Shown one piece after another: positions 53,030 through 62,261 of a stretch of 64,000 bases of DNA (within the stretch, counting starts at the first letter, position 1; every line of letters starts with the position of its first letter). The notes below the pieces were generated by a model. The model did not search any database, was not told where the DNA came from, and saw only the letters and a program-made list of their open reading frames with translations. The DNA is from an uncultured Thermoprotei archaeon (GTDB lineage Archaea > Thermoproteota > Thermoprotei > Thermofilales > B15-G2): the NCBI GenBank assembly GCA_965367815.1, contig CBDUKN010000007.1, positions 22,076-86,075 on the forward strand, written 5' to 3'. The translations under genes and the position numbers were made by a program.

Positions 53030-54466
53030 GTGACTCGAGTGATCTCGAAAACTATCGTAGAGCAGAATCCCTGGTGGAGAGTAAAAGATTTCGAGAGATT
53101 TGATTATGATTTAGAAAAATACCAAAAAATGATAGTACATTTCAGTAGAAAAATACCGCCACTCGCCAAAGGGAGAACATATTTTATTAAAGGTCCTAGG
53201 AGGTCAGGAAAGACTATTTGGCTGAAATTATATATTAAGCATTTAATAGAAAATGGAGAGGATCCATTAAGCATATTATATTTATCATGCGATAGAATAC
53301 CTATAGTAAACTATGTTCAGTTAATGAATATTATTAGAGAATACTTAAACATATATAAAAGAGAATCAAATTTTATTTTAATAGATGAAATTACTAGAGT
53401 AAATAAATGGAGCTATGCGCTGAAGGGACTAAAAGACTCCGGAGTACTGGAGAACTGCATAACAGTAGTCACGGGGTCAATACCCTTACTACTGACTAGA
53501 GGAGCAGAATTAATGCCTGGAAGAGGTGTTGAGGGAGGAGAATACTACTTAACGCCAGTGTCGTTTAGAAAATATATTGAAGCACTAGCTAACGAGAAAA
53601 TAAGAAGAATTCTAAAAGAGAAATCTTTTTCATTAGATGAAAGTATAGAAAAAATAGCTAAGAAAATTTCAGAAACATTGCCCTATATTACAGAAATAGA
53701 TGAAATCTTCTACAAGTATCTTCAAACAGGCGGTTTCCCTGAGGTAGTCGATGCTTTTCTCAGAAAAGAGAAGCCTGTAGAAGAAGCTCTTGAAATACTA
53801 CTAAACTATATTTTAGGAGATATAGCTAAAGAGAATAGAGATCCAGATATAGCTAAAGCAGTATTAATAGAAATATCAAAAAACCTATCAAGCATAGTAA
53901 CTTATGCTACATTAGCCAAAAAAATAGGAATATCGCTAGATACTGTTAAAGATTATATAAAAATACTAGAAGAAATGCTAGTAGTAATTCCTCTCGGGAA
54001 ATTCATTTTTTCAAGTAAAACAAGCACTCTAAAAGGAGGAATAAAAGCTTACTTTACAGACATAGGCTTCTACTACGCTATAAAAACATTTAGCGAAGGA
54101 AAATTATACAGTCAAGTAGTAAATGAAACATTAACAGTAGAGAAAACTCCGATCATAGTAGAAAACATAGTAGTATCACATATAGTTCAGCACGGAAGAA
54201 TACCTAAGCTAAGAGAACCAAATACTTTCATAGGCTATATAAAAAATAAAAAAGAAACAGACATACTGTATAAGAGACAAGACGGAACATTAGTAGAAAT
54301 CGAAGTAAAGTATAGGTATAAAGTCAAACTGCCTCCTGTTAAAAGAGCGAAAGAAGTAATAATTATTTCAAGAGACTCTTTTAGCTATGACAAAAATAAA
54401 AAAGTGCTTATAGTTCCTGTTTCAGTATTTCTCGCATTACTTAAAGATTGTGAAAAAAGTCTATAG
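53030..54466 (+). CDS. AAA-type ATPase with a DUF4143-like C-terminal domain (COG1373-like)
   Basis: Walker A is 'GPRRSGKT' and Walker B is 'ILIDEI', with the typical ~480-aa architecture. Confidence 0.7.
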   Translation: MTRVISKTIVEQNPWWRVKDFERFDYDLEKYQKMIVHFSRKIPPLAKGRTYFIKGPRRSGKTIWLKLYIKHLIENGEDPLSILYLSCDRIPIVNYVQLMNIIREYLNIYKRESNFILIDEITRVNKWSYALKGLKDSGVLENCITVVTGSIPLLLTRGAELMPGRGVEGGEYYLTPVSFRKYIEALANEKIRRILKEKSFSLDESIEKIAKKISETLPYITEIDEIFYKYLQTGGFPEVVDAFLRKEKPVEEALEILLNYILGDIAKENRDPDIAKAVLIEISKNLSSIVTYATLAKKIGISLDTVKDYIKILEEMLVVIPLGKFIFSSKTSTLKGGIKAYFTDIGFYYAIKTFSEGKLYSQVVNETLTVEKTPIIVENIVVSHIVQHGRIPKLREPNTFIGYIKNKKETDILYKRQDGTLVEIEVKYRYKVKLPPVKRAKEVIIISRDSFSYDKNKKVLIVPVSVFLALLKDCEKSL

Positions 54467-55270
54467 CCTACATAAGTTATTTAAATATTTTGTATCTCTA
54501 ATTAAAATATCTTTTTTCTCTAAATCACTACATCGTCCAAGAGACTCGTCTTCAATAGTTAAGTCTCCGTTATATCCATGTCTTTTTAAAATGCTAACTA
54601 TTTTCTTCAAGTCGACGTCTCCTTCGAAGAGAGGAGACATAGTTACGTCACCTGGCTTACGCCAAGCTTCTTTACGCTCAGCGACAGCGTTCTTAACATG
54701 AGTGTGTTTAACTCTATCGGCAAACTTCTCGACTATCTCGTAGACTTTGCTCAGCGGATATCCATACCAGTAAAAGTTACCTGTATCGAGAGTCAATCCA
54801 AGAAAAGTTTCCGGAAACTCTTTAAACAAAGCATCCAAGTACTCTTCTCTATTAGAAACATAGCCGTGATTCTCGATAGCTAATACTACGTCCTTTACTT
54901 TATCTTTAAGCTCTTTAAGCCAGTCAATTGACGCCCGAATACAGTCTTCTAAACTATAGCCTTCTACTTCCTTTACAATAGTATCTACACGAACTACTCC
55001 TAATCCAAGCCTATGAGCTATATTGACTGCTTTAACCACATAATCAGTTTCCATAAAATCATTGGCAATAAGTATAGAGTTTACTTCAATATTCTGTTCG
55101 CTTAGATATTTCTTAAAACTGCTTAACTCGTATTCAAGATTATGGCCGCTGAAGACTTTAAAGTCTCTAGGCAAGTAAAGCTCAATACTATTTATTCCAA
55201 GTACACTAAGTCCTTCTTCAACAGAACCGAATACGTTCTTTAAAATAATGTCTCTACAAGCAACGTACAC
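54461..55270 (-). CDS. Sugar-phosphate isomerase/epimerase (xylose-isomerase-like TIM barrel)
   Basis: It has 'LAIENHG', 'LTLDTGN' and 'HVKN' metal-ligand-like motifs. Confidence 0.7.
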   Translation of the reverse strand: MYVACRDIILKNVFGSVEEGLSVLGINSIELYLPRDFKVFSGHNLEYELSSFKKYLSEQNIEVNSILIANDFMETDYVVKAVNIAHRLGLGVVRVDTIVKEVEGYSLEDCIRASIDWLKELKDKVKDVVLAIENHGYVSNREEYLDALFKEFPETFLGLTLDTGNFYWYGYPLSKVYEIVEKFADRVKHTHVKNAVAERKEAWRKPGDVTMSPLFEGDVDLKKIVSILKRHGYNGDLTIEDESLGRCSDLEKKDILIRDTKYLNNLCRL

Positions 55271-55355
55271 GAAATACTCTCAGTTCAAGCAAATATATTA
55301 CTAAGCGCGGCAAATCGCTAGAATTCTTTATAAGAATTAAATCAAAGGTTAATAA

Positions 55356-56570
55356 GTGTACATAAAGCAGTATGAAGACCTATTGTTTAAAATTGTCGAA
55401 GAATACGGCACACCGGTCTATGTTTATTTTGCTGAAATACTGTTAAATAACTTTAATAAAATAAAAACTACTGCCGAAAAATATTTTAGAAAACCATTAA
55501 TAGCTTATGCTTATAAAGCTAACTCAAATATACACTTGTGTAGACTATTGCATGAGAAAGGAGCTGGAGCAGAAGTAGTTTCGCTGGGAGAAATTTTTCT
55601 AGCAATGAAAGCAGGCGCCAGTAAAGTAGTTTTTAACGGAGTATCTAAATCAGTTAACGAAATAGAATACGCAATTAAAAATAAAGTGTGGTTAATTAAT
55701 ATAGAGAATTTAAGTGAACTAAAATACATTAACAATTTCTCTAAAAGAAATAATAGTATTCAAAAAGTAGGGATAAGATTCAACCCAGGTATCGAAGTAA
55801 GCACACATAAACATATCGCTACCGGAGGCAAATTAAATAAATTTGGTTTAGATTCAAAAGATTTCATTAAAGCAGTCGATATCTCAAAGAAAATGAATAA
55901 TGTAGACTTGTGTGCTGTACATTTTCACATAGGATCACAGATATTTGAAATAGAGTCTTATGTAAAGGCACTTGAAGAAGTTCTTAACTTAACTAAAGAA
56001 GCAAAAATAGACTTAAAGGTAGTAAATATTGGCGGAGGCTTCGGCTACTCTTATGAAACAGGAGAAATTCTCAATCTAGACAATCTATTTGCAGAGATAG
56101 CTCCTATACTGAAAGACTTTCTTGAAGAAGAGCCCACAGTCGTTTTAGAGCCGGGCAGAGCTATTGTAGCTTCAGCAGGAATCCTGTTAACTAAAGTAAA
56201 TTATGTTAAAGAAGTCTATGGCAGAAAATGGATACTAGTAGACGCTGGCATGAGTGATTTTATTAGACCTGCTCTCTATGGAGCAAAACATAAAATAACA
56301 GTACTAGGCAAGAGCGAGCCCGTAGAAAAATACTCCATAGGAGGGCCGGTATGTGAGTCAGCCGATGTTTTTGCAGAAAACGTAGAGCTCCCTAAAGTAG
56401 TGCCGGGAGACATAATAGTTGTACATGATGTGGGAGCATACGGCTACTCCATGTCAAGTAACTACAACGCTAGACCCAGACCCCCAGAAATACTAGTTAA
56501 GGGGAGAGAAGTAAAGCTTATTAGAAGAAGAGAAAGCCTAGAAGACTTGCTAAGATTAATGACGATTTGA
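55356..56570 (+). CDS. Group IV PLP decarboxylase (diaminopimelate/ornithine/arginine decarboxylase family)
   Basis: It has the PLP-Lys motif 'YAYKANSN', 'HFHIGSQ', 'IGGGFGYSY', 'EPGRAIV' and 'CESAD'. Confidence 0.8.
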   Translation: MYIKQYEDLLFKIVEEYGTPVYVYFAEILLNNFNKIKTTAEKYFRKPLIAYAYKANSNIHLCRLLHEKGAGAEVVSLGEIFLAMKAGASKVVFNGVSKSVNEIEYAIKNKVWLINIENLSELKYINNFSKRNNSIQKVGIRFNPGIEVSTHKHIATGGKLNKFGLDSKDFIKAVDISKKMNNVDLCAVHFHIGSQIFEIESYVKALEEVLNLTKEAKIDLKVVNIGGGFGYSYETGEILNLDNLFAEIAPILKDFLEEEPTVVLEPGRAIVASAGILLTKVNYVKEVYGRKWILVDAGMSDFIRPALYGAKHKITVLGKSEPVEKYSIGGPVCESADVFAENVELPKVVPGDIIVVHDVGAYGYSMSSNYNARPRPPEILVKGREVKLIRRRESLEDLLRLMTI

Positions 56571-56611
56571 AGTAATTATGACAGCAACCAAATAAAGACC
56601 GGTTTATACTT

Positions 56612-56672
56612 AGTTAGAGTGATGAAGGATTGGCTTACTGAAAGCTGATGAAGGTGCGAGATTCTGATACCA
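56612..56672 (+). ncRNA. C/D-box sRNA (2'-O-methylation guide)
   Basis: C is GUGAUGA (56619-25), followed by a 12-nt guide, D' CUGA (56638-41) and a 3-nt spacer. Then come C' cUGAUGA (56645-51), a 12-nt guide and D CUGA (56664-67). The box-to-box length of 49 nt is canonical for archaea. Confidence 0.7.
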
Positions 56673-56849
56673 GTTTCATCAGTATTCAATACTTTGAGAA
56701 TTTTGTCCGAAGCTCAAACTACAGCAACAGTATTTTGAAACAATAGAATAGCGGTCTGAAGCGAGGTCCCCACCAATCATCCGAGTAGTCAGCGCCCGTA
56801 AGAATTCTTCATCCCATTACTTTAATAGAAGATTCGGGCTTATTTAGTT

Positions 56850-56912
56850 TATTATCAGTGATGGGGCTACCGCTCATCAAATAGCGGAGCCCCAAGTTCA
56901 TCATCTATTACT
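56850..56912 (-). ncRNA. Possible second C/D-like sRNA or K-loop hairpin (non-canonical spacing)
   Basis: The minus strand reads AUGAUGA-12 nt-gcua-uu-UGAUGA-15 nt-CUGA, 50 nt from C to D. The two 'guides' are mutually complementary (GGGGCUCCGC / GCGGuAGCCCC). Confidence 0.3.
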
Positions 56913-56992
56913 CTACTTGAAGTCAGACTTAATAATTTATCTTCGTGACGCGTTAATGATAAATACTTTGGGCAAGCATAGCTTTTGAAAAA

Positions 56993-58111
56993 ATGAGTGT
57001 GTCTTTAGATGCAATTAAAGAACTAGCGGAATCTATTCTTTATCCTCTAGAGCAGTATGTTCGGAGCAATATTTGCTGGGACCCTAATAGCCCCTACTAC
57101 GGCGGACTACTAGAGACTATCCCTCACACTCCTCAGCCTACATGGCCCCACGCCTCTTACGTGACTGCTGACGCCTACTTAAAGCTATATGAAGCCTACA
57201 GGAAACCCGAGTACTGGGAGGTAGCTAAAGTAATGGTAAATTATCTTGTTAGAGAGCAGAGCGACGCAGGTTGCTGGTATGGATATACTGGATATCCGAA
57301 GAGTTTTGGATGGAATGAGAAAAACGCGCCTCCTGGAAGTAAGCTAAATGTTGTTTTCGAAGACGGTACTGTTCTCGACATAATACGTGAGCCTTTTAGT
57401 ATTTTCGGGACAGTTCTTTACGGCAAAGTAGTAGTAAACGCCTATGAAGTAGCTGTTAAAAACAACTTAGACTTGAGCGAGGCCGAGCATTGGAGAATAT
57501 CTTTCCTTAAGGCAGCAGAGTTCGTGTGCCATATGATTGATAATAAGGGCTACTGGGTAGGCAACAGAGCGTGGAATCAGAGAGCTGCAGTAGCAGTACT
57601 ACTTTTTACTGCCAGTAGACTTTTATGTCCTGAACGGTACTTGAGAAAAGCTAAAATAGTACTAGACCAAATTCTGGAAGCACAGCTCGAGTCAGGCGAG
57701 TACCCCTACTCTGAGACAGGAGGCAGAACTTACCATTATCATGCTTTGACACTGTATTTTCTCAATCAAGTAAATAGAGAGTATCCGAGTAAACGCGTAG
57801 AAGAAGCTGTATTAAAAGGATTGAAGTGGATGTGGAGTATGCAGAAAGAAAACGGTGATTTTGACTGGAGTATACACTCACCTAAAGACCATAAAACAAG
57901 GCTGTTCTCGACATTTGGAATAGCTTTAGCTGCAACAGCACCTTACTTAAAGTTATTCAAAGAAAATGTTTACAAAACGCTAGTTTTCTTAAAGAAGCAC
58001 CAGAATCCAAATGGAGGTTTTCCGCGGAAAATAGGACTAGAGAAGACGGATAATGTCACATCAGGAGAGATTTTACACGGCTTAGCTGAGCTAGTTAAAG
58101 CCTTAGAATAG
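56993..58111 (+). CDS. Cytosolic alpha/alpha-toroid (prenyltransferase/squalene-cyclase-like repeat) protein
   Basis: It has five spaced Q/N..G.(W/F/Y) repeats (REQSDAGCW, IDNKGYW, AQLESGEYPY, MQKENGDFDW, HQNPNGGFP) and no signal peptide. Confidence 0.5.
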   Translation: MSVSLDAIKELAESILYPLEQYVRSNICWDPNSPYYGGLLETIPHTPQPTWPHASYVTADAYLKLYEAYRKPEYWEVAKVMVNYLVREQSDAGCWYGYTGYPKSFGWNEKNAPPGSKLNVVFEDGTVLDIIREPFSIFGTVLYGKVVVNAYEVAVKNNLDLSEAEHWRISFLKAAEFVCHMIDNKGYWVGNRAWNQRAAVAVLLFTASRLLCPERYLRKAKIVLDQILEAQLESGEYPYSETGGRTYHYHALTLYFLNQVNREYPSKRVEEAVLKGLKWMWSMQKENGDFDWSIHSPKDHKTRLFSTFGIALAATAPYLKLFKENVYKTLVFLKKHQNPNGGFPRKIGLEKTDNVTSGEILHGLAELVKALE

Positions 58112-58112
58112 T

Positions 58113-59555
58113 TTACTCGCTTGAGAGTTTTTCTAGTATTTTGCCGTACTCTACTAGCGCTTTAATTGCTCTGACAGCTCTTTCTGGAGTCGGGTATGTC
58201 GGTATGCCTTCTTCGTCGAAAAGCCTTCTATAGTACTTAGCCATATCTGCTTCGCCTATATCGCATACTACTACTGGTTTACCGTATTCTTTAATTATCT
58301 TGGAGAGTTTCTTGGGAAGGTCTGTAGTTACTAGCGGTACTTGGTGCATGGGTAAGAGAACTACGCCATCTACATTAGGGTCTCTTAAAACAAGCTTCAG
58401 GGACTCTATGAACCCTTTGTCGTCAGCTGAGCCAGTTAAGTCTACTGGATCTGTTGTGACAGCGAAGTCTCTTAGAATTCCCTGCTTCTTGAGTTCCTCG
58501 AACTTCTCTAAAGTCTCCTTACTGAATTCAGCTAATTTCATTCCCTGAAACTCTATTTCATCGGAGGCCATTACGCCGCATCCTCCGCCGTCAGTAACCA
58601 CGGCTATTCTGTCGCCTTTAGCTGGAGGCTGCATTGCAAGAGCTTTAGCCATGTCGCAGAATTCTTCCATGTCTCTAGCTCTAATTACTCCGCACTGCTT
58701 AAAGGCAGCATCATATATCGCGTCTACTCCAGCTAGAGCACCAGTATGAGAAGTCGCAGCTTTAGCGCCTGCCGCAGTTCTACCAGACTTGAGGACAACT
58801 ATAGGTTTCTTTAAGGCGACTTTCCTAGCTATTTCTATGAATTTTCTGCCTTCCTTTATGTTTTCTATGTAAACCATAATAGCTTTCGTCAAGTCATCTT
58901 CAGCTAAATACTCGAGTAGATCTGCTTCATCTACGTCGCATTTATTGCCGTATGAAATAAACTTAGAGAGCCCTAAGTCTGTTCCAGCAAAGTAGTCTAG
59001 TACAGCTGCGCCAAAAGCACCGCTCTGACTAATAAAAGCTATATGTCCTCTCCTAGGTCTAGGCATTGATAGCAGAGGGCCTTTTGGGCTGTTCTTGTAG
59101 GTCGGTATAAAAAGAGTATCTACGCCGCTCCAAGGATCATATATGCCTATACAGTTTGGACCAATTATTCTAACACCGTACTTTTGTGCTGTATCAACAA
59201 GCTTCTGTTCAAGAGCGTGGTTACCTACTTCAGAAAATCCTGCTGAAATAACTATAACACACTTAATTCCCTTTACACCGCAGTCTTCAATAATTCGCGG
59301 CACTATTCTCGCGGGGACACATACGACACTTAAATCAACGTCTCCGGAGATGTCTCTAACACTTGGGTAACATTTTACACCAGCTATTTCATTAGCTTTA
59401 GGGTTAACTGGGTAAACTTCACCCTTAAAAATCCCTTTTTTCTTGTTACTCAAGAAGTTCTCTAGAATAATTCTCCCCACTGCTCCAGGTTCTCTTGAAG
59501 CACCTATTATTGCTACGCCTCTAGGATTAAAGAATCCATCTAATTCTTTACTCAT
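58113..59555 (-). CDS. acdA: Acetyl-CoA synthetase (ADP-forming), alpha subunit
   Basis: It has a CoA-binding N-terminus 'PRGVAIIGASREPG', a succinyl-CoA-synthetase-like 'GPNCIG' and the phosphohistidine region 'SHTGALAG'. At 480 aa the size is typical. Confidence 0.8.
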   Translation of the reverse strand: MSKELDGFFNPRGVAIIGASREPGAVGRIILENFLSNKKKGIFKGEVYPVNPKANEIAGVKCYPSVRDISGDVDLSVVCVPARIVPRIIEDCGVKGIKCVIVISAGFSEVGNHALEQKLVDTAQKYGVRIIGPNCIGIYDPWSGVDTLFIPTYKNSPKGPLLSMPRPRRGHIAFISQSGAFGAAVLDYFAGTDLGLSKFISYGNKCDVDEADLLEYLAEDDLTKAIMVYIENIKEGRKFIEIARKVALKKPIVVLKSGRTAAGAKAATSHTGALAGVDAIYDAAFKQCGVIRARDMEEFCDMAKALAMQPPAKGDRIAVVTDGGGCGVMASDEIEFQGMKLAEFSKETLEKFEELKKQGILRDFAVTTDPVDLTGSADDKGFIESLKLVLRDPNVDGVVLLPMHQVPLVTTDLPKKLSKIIKEYGKPVVVCDIGEADMAKYYRRLFDEEGIPTYPTPERAVRAIKALVEYGKILEKLSSE

Positions 59556-59714
59556 GCAAGATATAGGGAGTAATAGAATTTAAGTTCTATTGTTAAAAAC
59601 TGTTTAAAGTAATCGCTAATAGTAAATTAGTTAATGGCTTAAGGTAAAGAATATTTTGTCGAATACTAGTATACGATAGTTCAGAAAATATATTTTTCTC
59701 CGCAATATATTCTC

Positions 59715-61388
59715 GTGTTTTTAAACAAGATAAAGAGTATTCTAAAAGGGCTTTTGTCCTTCGGAGAAATCATAGCTGGATCTAGTGAGGAAAAAAGAGT
59801 AGTAGATTTTATTAAAAACAGATTAGAAAAATATGTATCTGAAATAAATATTCAAGAAGTACCAGTAATGAATTGGAGAGAAAAATATTCTATAGTGGAG
59901 GGTAAAAATATTAAGATAAAGTCTATAGCTTTGCCCTATTCTCTTTCTTTTGATGAAGAAAGCACATTAATTCATATAACACATATTAGAGATAAAAAGT
60001 GGAAAAAGGCCTGTGGGAAAATAGTGTTAGTTCAAATACCTCCAGGAGACGTAGATTTTGTTGAAGACTACTACGCCAAAGCAGTTGAAGTAGGAGCTGT
60101 TGGGCTAATAGCCTATGATTCTTACCCGGGGGTCTACAGAAGGATAGTTGTCACTGGAGTTAAAGACTATCGTTGGGGATGCGGCGAAATGCCGCCTCCA
60201 ATTCCTGCAGTAATGGTTAAAAAGGAGGACGGCTTAAAGTTAGCTAAAAGAGAAGGAGAAAAAATACGAGTACTGGTCGAAACCAATGTATTGAGCTCTA
60301 CTGGATATAACATCGAGGGGATTATATACGGACACAGTGATGAAGAAGTCCTTCTTATAGCTCACCACGACCACTGGCTTACAGGCGCAGCCGACAACTG
60401 CTTAGGAGTATCCTTGCTTATAGCTGCAGCCGAACAGTTAAAGAATAGCTTTCTTAAAAGAACAATTAAACTCGTGTCGTTTACAGCAGAGGAGGCAGGG
60501 GCTCCCTGTTTTTCCTCATATTATTGGACATGGGGTTCAAGATACTATGTTAATTCGCTTGAGTCAAAGAAAGCTCTAAGTAAAATCTATGCCGTAGTGA
60601 ATGTCGATGTTTTGGCGAAAGGAGACGTCAAATTAAGTGTGTCTGGACCCGACTACATGTTTTTAGCAGAAAAGCTTTCTGGAATTAAGGCGGAGTACGA
60701 TAGCAGCTACATGGATAGCTACGCTTTTTCATCTAAAGGAGTACCCGCACTGACATTACATACTCTCGACGAATACATGCAGTACTATCATACGGATAAA
60801 GATGTACCCGAGAATATTGATTGGAGTACAGTAGAAAGGGGAGTCTCTATTGCTTTAAAGATCTTAGCAGAACTAGCGAAGGGCTTGGAAATAGACTATG
60901 ACAAGTGGACGGATTTAATAGAGAGTACTGCTAAAAGACTAGATGTACCACTACCCGCTGACTTAAAGAGAATATCTAGAGAGTTTTCTCGAAGTCTGCT
61001 TGAAACAACAATATACGCCTATGACGAGCACTATCCCGACGAACGCCCAGCTTTTTTGAAAACACATTTTCTACCCGAGCTTAAAGCACTCGAAGACTTT
61101 AAGAGACTTCGGGAAGCATACATTGCGCTCAAAGAAGGAAACCTAGATAAATGCATAAAGATAGTATCAAGCATACCTCTGCGAATAAAGCTTGGGTCAG
61201 GTGGGACGCTAATATCACTAAATACAAAGTGTTTGCTCATATTCTTAGAAGAGAAGAGAATATCCACGGCCCTAAAGCTTCTCGAGAATATTCTCTCTAT
61301 TGAGAAAGAATATAAAGCAGAGCTGAAGAAACTTTTCTTGAGGAAAATCGAGGAAGCGAGGATGAAGATCCAGTATACTGAAATGTGA
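59715..61388 (+). CDS. M28-family aminopeptidase with a PA domain and a ~170-aa C-terminal extension (apparently cytosolic)
   Basis: The PA domain reads 'GKIVLVQIPPGD..AVEVGAVGLIAYD'. The M28 ligand set is intact: 'AHHDHW', 'GAADNCLG', 'FTAEEAGA' and 'YYHTDKD'. Confidence 0.75.
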   Translation: MFLNKIKSILKGLLSFGEIIAGSSEEKRVVDFIKNRLEKYVSEINIQEVPVMNWREKYSIVEGKNIKIKSIALPYSLSFDEESTLIHITHIRDKKWKKACGKIVLVQIPPGDVDFVEDYYAKAVEVGAVGLIAYDSYPGVYRRIVVTGVKDYRWGCGEMPPPIPAVMVKKEDGLKLAKREGEKIRVLVETNVLSSTGYNIEGIIYGHSDEEVLLIAHHDHWLTGAADNCLGVSLLIAAAEQLKNSFLKRTIKLVSFTAEEAGAPCFSSYYWTWGSRYYVNSLESKKALSKIYAVVNVDVLAKGDVKLSVSGPDYMFLAEKLSGIKAEYDSSYMDSYAFSSKGVPALTLHTLDEYMQYYHTDKDVPENIDWSTVERGVSIALKILAELAKGLEIDYDKWTDLIESTAKRLDVPLPADLKRISREFSRSLLETTIYAYDEHYPDERPAFLKTHFLPELKALEDFKRLREAYIALKEGNLDKCIKIVSSIPLRIKLGSGGTLISLNTKCLLIFLEEKRISTALKLLENILSIEKEYKAELKKLFLRKIEEARMKIQYTEM

Positions 61389-61445
61389 CGACTTTCGTCC
61401 CTCCTGAGCTACTTACCATATTTCAAATACTTTAAACCTAAGAAA

Positions 61446-62114
61446 TTAATCTAAATACCTTAATAGATCTTTCAAGTCATTTAATATAAAATCACATGAA
61501 AACCTATAGGGAATTACAGAGTATCCTCTCGCTACAAGAGCAGTTTTCATGCCCATTTTCCTAGGTATAGCTAAGTCTAGGTAATAGTCGTCGCCTACGC
61601 TCAGTACTTCTTCTGGTCGGAGACTAAGCGTGCTCAAAGCATATGTGAACATACGTGGATTAGGCTTGACGCACCCAGTATCTCTGCTAGTTACTACAGT
61701 CATGTATTTTTTCAAAGTAGACAATATATCCTGAATAGCAAAAAGAGGAACAGAAGTGACTACAGCCATTTTTAAGTCTTTATTTTTAAGTTCTTCAAGT
61801 ACCTCAAGGACTTCGGGGAAAAATTTGTTTCTAGTACGACTATAAAAGCTAACTATTTTCTTTAAAGATTCGTTATCTACTTTTATGTAGAGGCGGTCGC
61901 ATACTTTTCTGAAAAATTCTTCAAAATTACTGTATTTTTCTCGAGGATAGTCTACAAAAAGGACATAGAGATAGGCTGCTCTTAATTCCTGAGCGTATAC
62001 TTCGTAGCCGTTTTCAAGTAAAATTGATGATAGATCTTCAAATGAAATAGGTTTTTCAGCGTAAACGAGTGTTCCATAAAGGTCAAATACTATACCATGG
62101 ACTTTCATATTCAT
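61446..62114 (-). CDS. HAD-superfamily hydrolase
   Basis: Motif I is 'IVFDLYGTL', with 'VVTS' and 'SVGDD' downstream. Confidence 0.8.
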   Translation of the reverse strand: MNMKVHGIVFDLYGTLVYAEKPISFEDLSSILLENGYEVYAQELRAAYLYVLFVDYPREKYSNFEEFFRKVCDRLYIKVDNESLKKIVSFYSRTRNKFFPEVLEVLEELKNKDLKMAVVTSVPLFAIQDILSTLKKYMTVVTSRDTGCVKPNPRMFTYALSTLSLRPEEVLSVGDDYYLDLAIPRKMGMKTALVARGYSVIPYRFSCDFILNDLKDLLRYLD

Positions 62115-62261
62115 AGGTAATTGTTTTCTTTACCCTTGATATAAACAATGCTGTTTGCCTTAAGTCGTTAATTAAGGTGGCTGTATGTAAAGGTCACGTT
62201 ACCGTTTAGCTAGTTGAGCATAAAGGATATTAATTTCCTCGAGTACTAATCCAATAAGGTA

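Noticed and set aside
56765-56830. Minus-strand boxes GGAUGA...CUGA...GGAUGA, suggestive of another C/D sRNA.
   Set aside because: The C boxes deviate from RUGAUGA, the spacers are 16-17 nt instead of ~12, and no terminal D box (CUGA) follows. I kept it only as part of the general intergenic-locus observation.
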